Shown here in pieces: positions 9,084-18,839 of a stretch of DNA of 64,000 nt; the first letter of the stretch is position 1; every line of letters starts with the position of its first letter. This DNA comes from Flavobacteriaceae bacterium (lineage in GTDB: Bacteria; Bacteroidota; Bacteroidia; Flavobacteriales; Flavobacteriaceae): assembly GCA_965662885.1 (NCBI GenBank), contig CBFIJI010000002.1, forward strand, positions 2,096 through 66,095, given 5' to 3'. The notes beneath the pieces were generated by a model. The model made no database searches and had not been told where the DNA came from. It was given only the letters and a program-made list of their open reading frames with translations. A program made the position numbers and the translations under genes.

Positions 9084-9980
9084 TTATAATACCATATCTT
9101 CATAACGGATAACAGTAGAAAATCCTTTTGCTTTAAAATAATCAGGGGTACTTTTACCTCCAGAAGCTAAAATAAAATCTCCTCCCCAAGCGCCTAAACT
9201 TTTTAACTGCCCCTCATAATCAGCAAAGTATTTTTTTTGGATACATTCGCGACCCAATAAATCACTCAAAAGGAGTTCGTGGGCTAAAAGTAATCGGTTG
9301 AATTCTTTTTGGGAGCGACACTTAAGTAAGGATCTTGTGATCGTATTTACTTCTTGAATTCTATTTGGTGAAATCGTTTTTTTAAGAAATGCATTCACCT
9401 CGTTTTGACTGTTTTGTTTTTGATTTTGATAAATAAAGTATAGGTTTTCTTTAAAGGGGGGGTCAAATATTACCGGCTTAAGTGAAGGAATACTGTCCTT
9501 AATCTGATAACAAATTGGACCATTAGCTGAAGCACAAGCAAGATCATAGCCACTTCCACCAAAGCTATTTTTTAGTAATTCATAAGGGTCGACCTTCGCC
9601 CATGCAGCAAGTGTAGCAACCAATGTCGAAGAACTTCCCAAACCCCATAAGCGGTCAAATTCTAAATGAGTAGTTGCCAAAGTCCCTTGACTTAAAAAAC
9701 TAGGGTGATGGTTTCGAATATTGATCAGAAGTCCCTGTAAACGATCGGAAAATTCAGGCTTGTTTGTTTGCAAGCATTTCAAATCGTTGAGGGCAAACTG
9801 CGCTTCAAACCAACACTCTTTTTTTATGGTATAGCTTCTCCACTCCAGTATGTTGGTGGTAGTTGTTTCTACAGAAAGGGTTTGTCCATAACGACAAGGA
9901 AGAGCCAAAGCCTCTGCCCCAAGGAGTACTAAATATTCTGCAGTCAGCAATAACTTGCCATGTGCATAGTAGTGTTGCAT
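9084..9980 (-). CDS. GHMP-family kinase, GYDIA-type (mevalonate-pathway associated)
   Basis: 298 aa with the GHMP motif II LWGLGSSSTLVATLA. A GGSGYDLACAS segment corresponds to the GYDIA signature. The ATG lies 1 nt after the HMG-CoA reductase stop. Confidence 0.75.
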   Translation of the reverse strand: MQHYYAHGKLLLTAEYLVLLGAEALALPCRYGQTLSVETTTTNILEWRSYTIKKECWFEAQFALNDLKCLQTNKPEFSDRLQGLLINIRNHHPSFLSQGTLATTHLEFDRLWGLGSSSTLVATLAAWAKVDPYELLKNSFGGSGYDLACASANGPICYQIKDSIPSLKPVIFDPPFKENLYFIYQNQKQNSQNEVNAFLKKTISPNRIQEVNTITRSLLKCRSQKEFNRLLLAHELLLSDLLGRECIQKKYFADYEGQLKSLGAWGGDFILASGGKSTPDYFKAKGFSTVIRYEDMVL

Positions 9981-9981
9981 A

Positions 9982-11301
9982 TCAATTGGGATTTTGACCT
10001 AAAAACTGCTGGACTGATTGGGTCGTTACCGCATGCGTTTTAAAATATGCAACAGCTTTAATTTTTTGAGCTGGAGAAGCATCATATTGATTCAGGATAT
10101 TTAGTAAATGCATTTTCATATGCCCCTTTTGGATTCCAGATGTTACGAGTGAGCGTAAAGCAGCAAAGTTTTGTGCTAAGCCAGCAACAGCAGTAATTTG
10201 CATCAATTCTTCCGCATTAGGATGATCTAAAAGTTCTAGAGACCAGACCACCATTGGATGTAATTTTGTTAGTCCTCCAACAGTTCCTAAAGCTAGGGGA
10301 AGTTGAAGTGAAAACTCAAAATGCCCATCTTTTATCTCGGCCTTGCTTAAACTGCGGTATTGTCCTGAACGTGCGGCATAGGCATGTACGCCTGCTTCCA
10401 CTGCACGAAAATCATTTCCGGTTGCGATCACCAAGGCATCTACACCATTCATGATTCCTTTATTATGGGTTACTGCTCGATAAGGTTCTCCATCTGCTAT
10501 TGCCAAGGCTTGAATAAATTTTTGTGCAAAGTCTTTTGCTGAAACACCATCCTGCGCTCCTAAATCTGCAATGGGACAACTCACTTTTGCTTCTACCAAA
10601 CAGTTGGGAACATAGTTGGAGAGGATACTCATGACTACTTCAATATTTTGCTCCTCCTTGGAAAGGCTTGTTGCCTTTAAAGCCAAAAGTTTTAAGCTGT
10701 CTGCTAATTGCTCTAAGCAAGAATTGATGAAATTGGCTCCCATAGCATCAGCCGTTTGAAAACGAACATGCAATTGGAAATAATGAGGCAATACCGCTGT
10801 TTTATTTCGAAGCTCCATTCCAACAATACCTCCACCTCGTTTCTCCATATTTTCAGTCAAGGCTTGCGTACTTTTTAAAAGAGCATCTTTATGAGTGTTG
10901 AAAAAGGCTTCCATTTTAACAGCAGAACCTTTAAATAAAAAATGAACCTGCCCCACCTTTTCAGTCGCAATAATTCGGGTTTTAAACCCTCCGCGATCTC
11001 CCCAAAATTTGGCTGCTTTACAAGCTGCTGCAACTACCGAACTTTCTTCGATGGCCATAGGTAAGGTATACGGCTTGTCATTAATAATAAAATTAGGTGC
11101 TACGCCTAAGGGAAGATAAAAGTTGGTCAATGTGTTTTCGATAAACTCATCATGACGTTTTTGAACCAAAGGATCTCCATTTTGATAAGAAGCCATTACC
11201 ATTTCACTTTGCTTTGGCTTTTTAAAATGTGCTTTCGAAACCCACTCTATCTTTTCTGTTTTAGACAAACGTGAAAAGCCTTCCACTCTTTTATTCATCA
11301 C
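9982..11301 (-). CDS. mvaA: hydroxymethylglutaryl-CoA reductase, class II type
   Basis: 439 aa with motifs MAIEESSVVAA, DAMGANFINS and ALGTVGGLTKLHP. These motifs and the length are typical of bacterial class II HMGR. Confidence 0.85.
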   Translation of the reverse strand: MMNKRVEGFSRLSKTEKIEWVSKAHFKKPKQSEMVMASYQNGDPLVQKRHDEFIENTLTNFYLPLGVAPNFIINDKPYTLPMAIEESSVVAAACKAAKFWGDRGGFKTRIIATEKVGQVHFLFKGSAVKMEAFFNTHKDALLKSTQALTENMEKRGGGIVGMELRNKTAVLPHYFQLHVRFQTADAMGANFINSCLEQLADSLKLLALKATSLSKEEQNIEVVMSILSNYVPNCLVEAKVSCPIADLGAQDGVSAKDFAQKFIQALAIADGEPYRAVTHNKGIMNGVDALVIATGNDFRAVEAGVHAYAARSGQYRSLSKAEIKDGHFEFSLQLPLALGTVGGLTKLHPMVVWSLELLDHPNAEELMQITAVAGLAQNFAALRSLVTSGIQKGHMKMHLLNILNQYDASPAQKIKAVAYFKTHAVTTQSVQQFLGQNPN

Positions 11302-11312
11302 CTAATTTTTTC

Positions 11313-11320
11313 CAAAGATA
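11313..11320 (-). promoter_or_regulatory. -7 box (TATCTTTG) for the HMGR/GHMP operon
   Basis: Exact TAnnTTTG on the minus strand. Its final G lies 12 nt upstream of the HMGR ATG, implying a very short leader. Confidence 0.4.
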
Positions 11321-11406
11321 TACAGTATTTAACAACCAGAAACTTTTCTTATTTCTTTACTCCATCTATTTTGACTAATTTGCTTTCCATTAAAAATGCA
11401 CGATTG

Positions 11407-13572
11407 ATGAATCAACTTAAAATTTTTACGATCCTTCTAATTTCAACCCTTGTCTTAAATGCACAAGAAAAAGAAATTACCATCCCTCAACTTTGGGATG
11501 GTACGTTTAGTGCCGAGCGTTTGGAGTCCATCCGTCCACTTTCGGATAGCGATCAGTACACCGTACTTAAAATTGATCGAAAAAAACAATCAGCTGAAAT
11601 TGTTCGCTATGATTATGCTAAAGAAGGTTCCGGAACAGCTTTGGTAAGCTCTAAAGATGCTCCTGAAATACCCTTTTTTACTGGTTATACTTTTTCTGAT
11701 AATGAAGCTAAAATTTTATTAGAAACAGCAGTAGAACCTATCTACCGTCGTTCGAAAAGAGCAAAATATTGGGTATATGATCGCGCTACTAAAAAAGCAA
11801 CACTTTTAATTGATAAAAAAATACAAGAACCCCTGCTTTCCCCTGACGGTCAGAAAGTGGCTTTTGTTTATGAACGCAATCTCTACATTAAGGATTTAAC
11901 CAATAACAATTTGGTGGAAATCACCAAAGATGGAAACTATCAAACCATTAATGGAATTACCGATTGGGTGTACGAAGAAGAATTTGGATTTGTTCGTGCT
12001 TTTGATTGGAATCCAAACAGCAAACAATTGGTCTATATGCGTTTTGATGAATCTAAGGTTCCCATTTTTTCAATGGATGTCTATGGAAATGATCTCTATC
12101 AATTTCCGTATATATTTCGTTATCCAAAAGCTGGGGAATCCAATGCGGTGGTTAGTTTGCACACCTTTGACCTCAACACACAAGAAAAGGTATCGCTTCA
12201 ATTCCCAGAGGAAGCACCCCATTATATTCCTCGAATCAAATTTGATGGAGGTGACAACAGTTTGATTGTTCAAAGTATCAATAGACATCAAAATCATTTA
12301 AAGGTGTGGCGATTTAACACCAAGGAAAACAGTGTCGATTTATTGCTTGAAGAAAAAGATGCTGCCTATGTAGATATTCATGATAATATGACGTTCCTTC
12401 CAGACCAAAGCTTTCTTTGGACCAGTGAACGCGATGGTTTTAATCATATTTATCATTACGCTTCCAATGGCGATTTAATCCGTCAGGTCACTCAAGGTGA
12501 TTGGGAAGTAACGGCTTACTATAAATACAATTCCAAAACGAAAGAAATTTACTATCAATCTGTAGAAAAATCGACCATTGGACGTGCCGTTTATGCTATT
12601 AAATTAAATGGCAAAGGAAAACGCCTCTTAAGTCCAGAAAAAGGGTACAACGGCGCTCGATTTAGTGGTGATGCCCGATATTATATCCATACCTATTCAG
12701 ACGAAACAACTGCGCCTGTATTTACACTTAAAAAGACAAGAGATGCTTCTACCCTTCGTATCCTAGTTGAAAATAAAAAATTAGAAGAGCACCTTCAGGA
12801 ATACAACTTACCCAAAAAAGAATTCTCTACACTTTCAATCAATGGGGAAGAACTCAACATGTGGATGATTAAACCTAAGGATTTTGACCCTTCAAAAAAA
12901 TACCCCTTACTGATGTTTCAATATTCAGGACCCGGTTCACAGCAAGTGACCAACCGTTGGGGTGATTCTCGAAGTTTGTGGCATAAAATGCTTGCAAATA
13001 AAGGCTATATTATTGCTTGTGTTGATGGTCGCGGAACCGGATTTAAAGGGGCTGCATTTAAAAAAGCCACTTATATGAATTTGGTAAAATACGAAGCTAT
13101 TGATCAAATAGATGCCGCCAAAGCCTTTGGTGCTTTACCATATATTGACGCTCGGCGTATTGGAATTTGGGGATGGAGTTTTGGGGGGCACATGGCCAGT
13201 CATTGTTTATTGACGGGAAATGATGTGTTTTCCATGGCTATAGCGGTCGCTCCGGTAACCAATTGGCGTTTCTATGACACTATTTATACCGAACGCTTTA
13301 TGCGAACTCCTCAAGAAAACCCTGAAGGATATGATTTGAATTCTCCAATTAATTATGCCAAGCAATTACAAGGAAAATTCTTAATCATTCACGGGTCAGG
13401 AGATGACAATGTTCACGTTCAAAATACCATGCGGATGGTGGAAGCCCTTATCCAAGCGGATAAACAATTTGAATGGATGATTTATCCTGACAAAAACCAT
13501 GGGATTTATGGGGGCAACACCCGCAATCATCTGTATACAAAAATGACTAACTTTATTTTCGACAATCTATAA
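11407..13572 (+). CDS. dipeptidyl-peptidase IV (S9B prolyl dipeptidyl aminopeptidase)
   Basis: N-terminal signal peptide (MNQLKIFTILLISTLVLNAQE). The beta-propeller region contains NGITDWVYEEEF. The catalytic triad motifs are GIWGWSFGG, GSGDDNVH and KNHGIY. The ORF track starts at a TTG at 11371; I prefer the ATG at 11407. Confidence 0.85.
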   Translation: MNQLKIFTILLISTLVLNAQEKEITIPQLWDGTFSAERLESIRPLSDSDQYTVLKIDRKKQSAEIVRYDYAKEGSGTALVSSKDAPEIPFFTGYTFSDNEAKILLETAVEPIYRRSKRAKYWVYDRATKKATLLIDKKIQEPLLSPDGQKVAFVYERNLYIKDLTNNNLVEITKDGNYQTINGITDWVYEEEFGFVRAFDWNPNSKQLVYMRFDESKVPIFSMDVYGNDLYQFPYIFRYPKAGESNAVVSLHTFDLNTQEKVSLQFPEEAPHYIPRIKFDGGDNSLIVQSINRHQNHLKVWRFNTKENSVDLLLEEKDAAYVDIHDNMTFLPDQSFLWTSERDGFNHIYHYASNGDLIRQVTQGDWEVTAYYKYNSKTKEIYYQSVEKSTIGRAVYAIKLNGKGKRLLSPEKGYNGARFSGDARYYIHTYSDETTAPVFTLKKTRDASTLRILVENKKLEEHLQEYNLPKKEFSTLSINGEELNMWMIKPKDFDPSKKYPLLMFQYSGPGSQQVTNRWGDSRSLWHKMLANKGYIIACVDGRGTGFKGAAFKKATYMNLVKYEAIDQIDAAKAFGALPYIDARRIGIWGWSFGGHMASHCLLTGNDVFSMAIAVAPVTNWRFYDTIYTERFMRTPQENPEGYDLNSPINYAKQLQGKFLIIHGSGDDNVHVQNTMRMVEALIQADKQFEWMIYPDKNHGIYGGNTRNHLYTKMTNFIFDNL

Positions 13573-13574
13573 CT

Positions 13575-15107
13575 ATGCAAAACGAAACATCAGCTGCCTT
13601 AGATAAAGGCTTTTTTGGACATCCTAAAGGACTATTGTATTTATTTTTTGCAGAACTATGGGAACGATTTAGTTTTTATGGCATGCGGGCCTTACTTACG
13701 CTCTACATGGTCAATGTTATTTTTGAAGCCTTGGTGGAGCGAGATATTGCAGCTGCAGCAGTGTACGCCTCTTATGGCTCCTTGGTTTACGCTTCAACGG
13801 TAGTAGGTGGGAAAATATCAGATACTATTTTAGGCTTTCGGCACTCCATATTTCTAGGTGGGATTCTAATGGCAATAGGGCATTTTGTTTTAGCGATCGA
13901 AAATGATATGACGTTTTTCCTAGCCTTGGGTTTTATTGTTGTTGGTAATGGTTTTTTTAAACCCAACATATCCACATTTGTAGGATCACTTTATGAAGAC
14001 AAGGACCCTCGTAAAGATTCTGGTTTTACCATTTTCTATATGGGAATTAATATAGGGGGATGGATTGCTCCGTTATTATGCGGCTGGCTTGGTCGTGAAT
14101 ATGGCTGGCACTATGGCTTTGGTTTAGCAGGAATTGGGATGTTAGCCGGTTTACTTTTTTTCTGGAAAGGAATGCGTGACGGTGTTTTTGGGGATAAAGG
14201 ACTTTCACCACAACCCGAGCGCCTTAAAGAAAAAGTAATGGGCTTGGAAAAAGGGACCGTAATTCGAATATTGGCCTTTTTATCTGCCCCATTGATTGCA
14301 ATCCTTTTAGCTTCTTATAAAGCGATTGGTTCTGGTGAAACACTTTTTGGAGATCAAAATATCGTTAACATTATTTTCAAAGTGATTGGGGTGCTGATTT
14401 TGGGCTATCTCGCATATATTCTTAGTACGGTTAGTGCTGAAGAACGGAAAAAATTAATTGTAGCTATTTTCATCACTGTTTTCATGACCCTTTTTTGGGG
14501 ATTCCATGAGCTGTCTGGAAGTGTGATTACCCTGTTTGCTGCTCGAAATGTTAACCTTACTTTTCTCGATGCTGCACAAACCAATTCCTTAAACTCCATG
14601 TTCATCATTATTTTGGCTTTACCTATTTCTTGGATGTGGACTTATTTAAATAAGAAAAAATTAAATCCAAGGACTCCTTTTAAATTTGGTTTTGGTCTTT
14701 TAATTGCTGGACTAAGTTTCTATATGTTATCCATAAGTGGAGGTTCGGCAGATGAAAATGGTATGGTGCCTTTTTCCTACCTATTAATCATGTATTTTTT
14801 AATCTCTATTGGAGAATTGTTTATGTCTCCTGTAGGGCTTTCTAAAATTACAGACTTATCCCCAAAACGTATTGTAGCTTTTATGATGGGGGTTTGGTTT
14901 TTATCCTCGTCCTATGCTTTTCAATTGGTAGGCTTTATCGGGAAGCAACTAGCGGTGGAGAGTGATAGTAGTGATGTTGGTGGTTTACAATCTTTAGACA
15001 TCTATATTGGGGGATTTGATTTAATCGCAAAATATGCTATCGGTGCTGGTTTAATAGTACTATTGATATCTCCTTTATTGAAAAAACTCATGGGATCCGT
15101 TCATTAA
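13575..15107 (+). CDS. proton-dependent oligopeptide transporter (POT/PTR2, DtpT-like)
   Basis: 510 aa polytopic protein with the PTR2 signature GHPKGLLYLFFAELWERFSFYGMRALL and FYMGINIGG. It starts 2 nt after the DPP-IV stop. Confidence 0.85.
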   Translation: MQNETSAALDKGFFGHPKGLLYLFFAELWERFSFYGMRALLTLYMVNVIFEALVERDIAAAAVYASYGSLVYASTVVGGKISDTILGFRHSIFLGGILMAIGHFVLAIENDMTFFLALGFIVVGNGFFKPNISTFVGSLYEDKDPRKDSGFTIFYMGINIGGWIAPLLCGWLGREYGWHYGFGLAGIGMLAGLLFFWKGMRDGVFGDKGLSPQPERLKEKVMGLEKGTVIRILAFLSAPLIAILLASYKAIGSGETLFGDQNIVNIIFKVIGVLILGYLAYILSTVSAEERKKLIVAIFITVFMTLFWGFHELSGSVITLFAARNVNLTFLDAAQTNSLNSMFIIILALPISWMWTYLNKKKLNPRTPFKFGFGLLIAGLSFYMLSISGGSADENGMVPFSYLLIMYFLISIGELFMSPVGLSKITDLSPKRIVAFMMGVWFLSSSYAFQLVGFIGKQLAVESDSSDVGGLQSLDIYIGGFDLIAKYAIGAGLIVLLISPLLKKLMGSVH

Positions 15108-15120
15108 AAAAACTCACACA

Positions 15121-15660
15121 ATGAAATATGCTCTTTTTCTAATTTTAACCTGCTTAATTGCACCTGTCACTGCACAAGAAATTCAATGGATGACATTGGA
15201 TGAGGCTTTGGCTGCTCAAAAGAAAGCACCTAAAAAAATCTTTATGGATGTTTATACCGATTGGTGTGGGCCATGCAAGCTTTTAGACACTAGGACTTTC
15301 GGAAATAAAGATGTTGCTCGCTATATCAGCGAAAATTATTATGCCGTAAAATTCAACGCTGAGGGGGAGGAAGAAATTAATTTTTTTGATCAAAAATTCC
15401 ATAATCCAGGGTATGACCCTAATAAGTCTGGACGAAATTCAACCCATCAGTTTACCCTATTCTTAGGAATTACTGGGTATCCATCCATGGTCTTTTTTAC
15501 AGAAGATGGAAGCCCCATTATGCCGTTGGTTGGTTTTCAAACCCCCCAACAATTGGAGCTCTTTTTAAAAATGATTTTTCAAGATGATTATCTTGTGTTT
15601 TCAACATCTGATGATTTTGAAAACTATCGAAAACAGTTTATTCCAAAGTTTCAAGGTTAA
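15121..15660 (+). CDS. periplasmic thioredoxin-fold protein
   Basis: Signal peptide (..APVTAQE) and a WCGPC active site. Confidence 0.75.
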   Translation: MKYALFLILTCLIAPVTAQEIQWMTLDEALAAQKKAPKKIFMDVYTDWCGPCKLLDTRTFGNKDVARYISENYYAVKFNAEGEEEINFFDQKFHNPGYDPNKSGRNSTHQFTLFLGITGYPSMVFFTEDGSPIMPLVGFQTPQQLELFLKMIFQDDYLVFSTSDDFENYRKQFIPKFQG

Positions 15661-17671
15661 TACGGTAGGCACCTAATTTTCGCGTATCGTGAAATGGAAT
15701 ACCTTTTTTTAAACAGCTTTTCTCCCATTGCGATGTCATCCATGGCGCATTGCTCCCGTCAGCAATTACAGCCCTTGGTGTGTAAAATGATAACAAACGG
15801 TCCAAATTGATTTTTGGGCTGTTCATTAATACAATATGGCTTGGTGAAAAACTTTTCAATTGATTGGGTTGATCGTCTTTAATGATTAATATTTTAGTGG
15901 TATGGTGTACAAAAAAGTTTTTAAGGCTTATGGGATGAACGTCCTTAATACTCGTACTATATAAAAAGTTTTGAAAGGACCTCAATGTCGTTGGGTCTTT
16001 ATTAGTTCCATGATAGAATAAACTTTTATTTTGATGCTGTATAAGTAAGCTTTCATTGTGTTCGTGGAGTACCCATAAAACATTCTTTTTATTCTGTTCG
16101 TCACGCTGATAAAACTGATACAATTGTAGAATAATTAAAATAATCAAAACCCATTTTATTTGGGATATCGTTCTTTTTTTTAGAGTGAGGATTAGGGAGG
16201 CTAATAATAAGTAAATCAAAATTAAATGGGTTTCCGTTAAGATGATATTTTGAAACAAAAAGGCCTCTTGTCTTGCAATCCAGCTAATAAATGTATTCAT
16301 ATAAAAGACGACTTGATTAAAGAAGTGAATTAATAAAGAAGGCAAGGGGAAAAAGGCAATGCCACAGCTGAGAAGCATACTGCCAATAAGTAACAAACTA
16401 AAGAGTGGGAGAATCACCCAGTTACTAAGTAAAAACAAGCCTGGAAATTGATGAAAATAATAAATACTAAGTGGGGCTACCGCCACTTGTGCTCCTATAC
16501 AGACACAGCTTAATTGCCAAAACTTTTTGCCTCCCCATGTTTTTGGTGACCAGTATTTAAGAAGTATAGGGGTAAACCACAAAATACCAAATACTGCCAG
16601 ATAGCTCATTTGAAATCCAATAGCTTTAAGGTAGGGAGGATAACAGAGTAACAATATAAAAAAGGAAACGAATAAAAAATGAAGGGTATTTTTATACCCT
16701 CTTAAGCTTTCTGAAAAAATAAGTATAGAAAACATGCTTACAGCGCGAACTACTGAAGCACTCATCCCAATAAAAAAAGCATAACTCCATAAAACAGCTA
16801 AGACCAGTAAAAAACGAATCCATTTACCCTTAGCAATTAAAAGAAGGGGGCGAAGTACCCACATTAGGAATACAGTCAAAATTCCAATATGCAACCCAGA
16901 TATGGCCAAAATATGAATGATTCCTGCCTTGGCGTAATGGTCCCTTATTTCGGAATTTATTGCTTTTCTATTCCCCAAAACTAAAGCTTCAAGCAGTCCA
17001 ACGGCTTCCTCAGACAAATCACTATTTTGAAGTGCGTGTTCAATGGTTTTTTTTAATTGATCAAGGGAGAACCAAGGTGTGCTTTTTTGTTCTTGAAGGA
17101 TGACAAAAGAATTTCCTTTCAATTCAAGAGTCTCATAAATACGAATATTATTCAAATAAGCACGATAGTCAAAAGCCCCTGGGTTTCTTGGCCCTTTAAG
17201 GGGCTTTGGGGAGATTTTTGTAAGGAGTTGATCCCCGACATTTAATCCCTTTGCCATGCTGTCTTGAATATGATTGAGAAGGATCCGACCCCTTGTTTTT
17301 GATGTAGCGACTTTTAATACTTCAGCATAATAACTTTTTGAAAAGGTGGAAGAACTAATTTCTTTTGTAAGCTTAATAAGTAGGGTTTGTTCTGGCGATG
17401 CTGTGATTTTTTTAGTGTAATGGTTGTCGGGAAGCTGGTAATAGTTTTGGTAGTGAACCATGCCAAATCCACAAAAGAAAAGATAAAGAAGGAGGGATTT
17501 AATTCCTTTTCCATTATAGGGTTTTATCACTAAAAAAACACCAATTCCGAATAACAACAACAGCAGTACAAGGAACGATTTTTCCAAGGGCAAAGGCAAA
17601 TATTCTGAGAATAGATAACCTAAGGTTACGCATAAGATGATTGGATATAGAGGCAGATTGAGGACTTTCAC
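15638..17671 (-). CDS. comEC: ComEC/Rec2 family membrane protein
   Basis: 677 aa with an N-terminal OB/DUF4131-like region. The polytopic competence domain contains IIHILAISGLHIGIL. The C-terminal domain of about 170 aa has no HxHxDH motif. Confidence 0.75.
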   Translation of the reverse strand: MKVLNLPLYPIILCVTLGYLFSEYLPLPLEKSFLVLLLLLFGIGVFLVIKPYNGKGIKSLLLYLFFCGFGMVHYQNYYQLPDNHYTKKITASPEQTLLIKLTKEISSSTFSKSYYAEVLKVATSKTRGRILLNHIQDSMAKGLNVGDQLLTKISPKPLKGPRNPGAFDYRAYLNNIRIYETLELKGNSFVILQEQKSTPWFSLDQLKKTIEHALQNSDLSEEAVGLLEALVLGNRKAINSEIRDHYAKAGIIHILAISGLHIGILTVFLMWVLRPLLLIAKGKWIRFLLVLAVLWSYAFFIGMSASVVRAVSMFSILIFSESLRGYKNTLHFLFVSFFILLLCYPPYLKAIGFQMSYLAVFGILWFTPILLKYWSPKTWGGKKFWQLSCVCIGAQVAVAPLSIYYFHQFPGLFLLSNWVILPLFSLLLIGSMLLSCGIAFFPLPSLLIHFFNQVVFYMNTFISWIARQEAFLFQNIILTETHLILIYLLLASLILTLKKRTISQIKWVLIILIILQLYQFYQRDEQNKKNVLWVLHEHNESLLIQHQNKSLFYHGTNKDPTTLRSFQNFLYSTSIKDVHPISLKNFFVHHTTKILIIKDDQPNQLKSFSPSHIVLMNSPKINLDRLLSFYTPRAVIADGSNAPWMTSQWEKSCLKKGIPFHDTRKLGAYRINLETLE

Positions 17672-17682
17672 CCCATTAAATT

Positions 17683-17716
17683 AAAAAAAATATAAGACTA
17701 AAATCGATTTTAGTTC
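17683..17716 (-). terminator. weak AT-rich hairpin plus T-run after lpxB
   Basis: Near-perfect palindrome gactaaaatc/gattttagtt (17696-17715). On the minus strand it is followed by ttatatttttttt. The stem is all A/T except the ends, so it is weak, and comEC starts only about 12 nt beyond. Confidence 0.3.
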
Positions 17717-17717
17717 T

Positions 17718-18827
17718 TTATGAAATTGCTTTAATAATTAGACGGGCTGTTTGTTGAGCTGCCCCATTTCCATTTAAAGAATTAAATAACTTTTGGTAAG
17801 AGGCTTTTAACGATGCTTTTCCTTCTTTGGACAAGATGTGTTCTAGCTCATTACTAATTTCGTCAACATTACACCGATTTTGGATCAATTCTTCGACTAT
17901 TTTTTGATCCATAATAAGGTTGACCAACGAAATAAATTTTAAACTTAGAATTTGTTTGGCAATCAGATAGTTTAAAAGGCTTGATCGGTAGCAAACCATT
18001 TGGGGTACACCAAAAAGAGCGGTTTCCAAAGTGGCTGTTCCACTTGTTACAATGGCGGCTTCTGCCTGTTGAAGTAGATCATATGTTTTATTGAATAGCA
18101 CACTAACGTTTTTATTTTTGGTAAAGGTGGAGTACCAATCTGGGTCAATCCCAGGAGCAGCTGCTATTACGAACTGTTTGTTTTTAAATCGAGGAATACT
18201 AGCTAAAAAAAGAGGGAGCATTTTTTTTATTTCTTGTTTCCGACTTCCAGGAAGTAAGGCTATTATTGGCCGCTTTTCATCCAACATATTTTCAGAATAA
18301 AAAGCTAGATTTTTTGGCCGCTCGGGAATAATGTCCATTAATGGATGTCCTACAAAATGTACTGAAAATTGATGTTTATTTTCAAAAAAGGGTTTTTCAA
18401 AAGGAAGAATAACGTAAAGCCCGTCCAAATCTCTTTTCATGGCTTTAACACGATTTTCTTTCCATGCCCAAACTTGAGGACTGATGTAATAGTGATTTTT
18501 AAATCGCTTGGTTTTCGCCCATTTAGCGATACGCAGATTAAATCCAGGATAATCAATATAAATGATGACATCGGGTTGGAAGTGACTAATATCTTCCTTA
18601 CACCAGCGTAAGTTTTTGATTATGGTTCTTATATTTTTCAGGACTTCAAAAAACCCCATAAAGGCCAACTCTCGATAATGTTTGACAACTTCCCCCCCAG
18701 CAGCTTGCATTAAATCTCCTCCCCAACATCGAACAGTTGCTTTTGAATCTTCTTTCTTCAATGCTGCAATTAGATGGGAACCATGTAAATCGCCGGAGGC
18801 TTCACCTGCAATAATATAATACTTCAT
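17718..18827 (-). CDS. lpxB: lipid-A-disaccharide synthase
   Basis: 369 aa with the N-terminus MKYYIIAGEASGDLHG, diagnostic of LpxB. Confidence 0.85.
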   Translation of the reverse strand: MKYYIIAGEASGDLHGSHLIAALKKEDSKATVRCWGGDLMQAAGGEVVKHYRELAFMGFFEVLKNIRTIIKNLRWCKEDISHFQPDVIIYIDYPGFNLRIAKWAKTKRFKNHYYISPQVWAWKENRVKAMKRDLDGLYVILPFEKPFFENKHQFSVHFVGHPLMDIIPERPKNLAFYSENMLDEKRPIIALLPGSRKQEIKKMLPLFLASIPRFKNKQFVIAAAPGIDPDWYSTFTKNKNVSVLFNKTYDLLQQAEAAIVTSGTATLETALFGVPQMVCYRSSLLNYLIAKQILSLKFISLVNLIMDQKIVEELIQNRCNVDEISNELEHILSKEGKASLKASYQKLFNSLNGNGAAQQTARLIIKAIS

Positions 18828-18839
18828 GGAGGTTGTGGG

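Noticed and set aside
11371-11406. A TTG start for DPP-IV is given in the ORF track.
   Set aside because: The ATG at 11407 begins a proper signal peptide. The 12 extra residues add nothing recognisable.
11930-12265. Out-of-frame same-strand ORFs lie inside DPP-IV (11930..12265, plus antisense 12070..12297) and inside gldK (45133..45510).
   Set aside because: They are embedded in conserved genes with clear catalytic or family motifs in the annotated frame.
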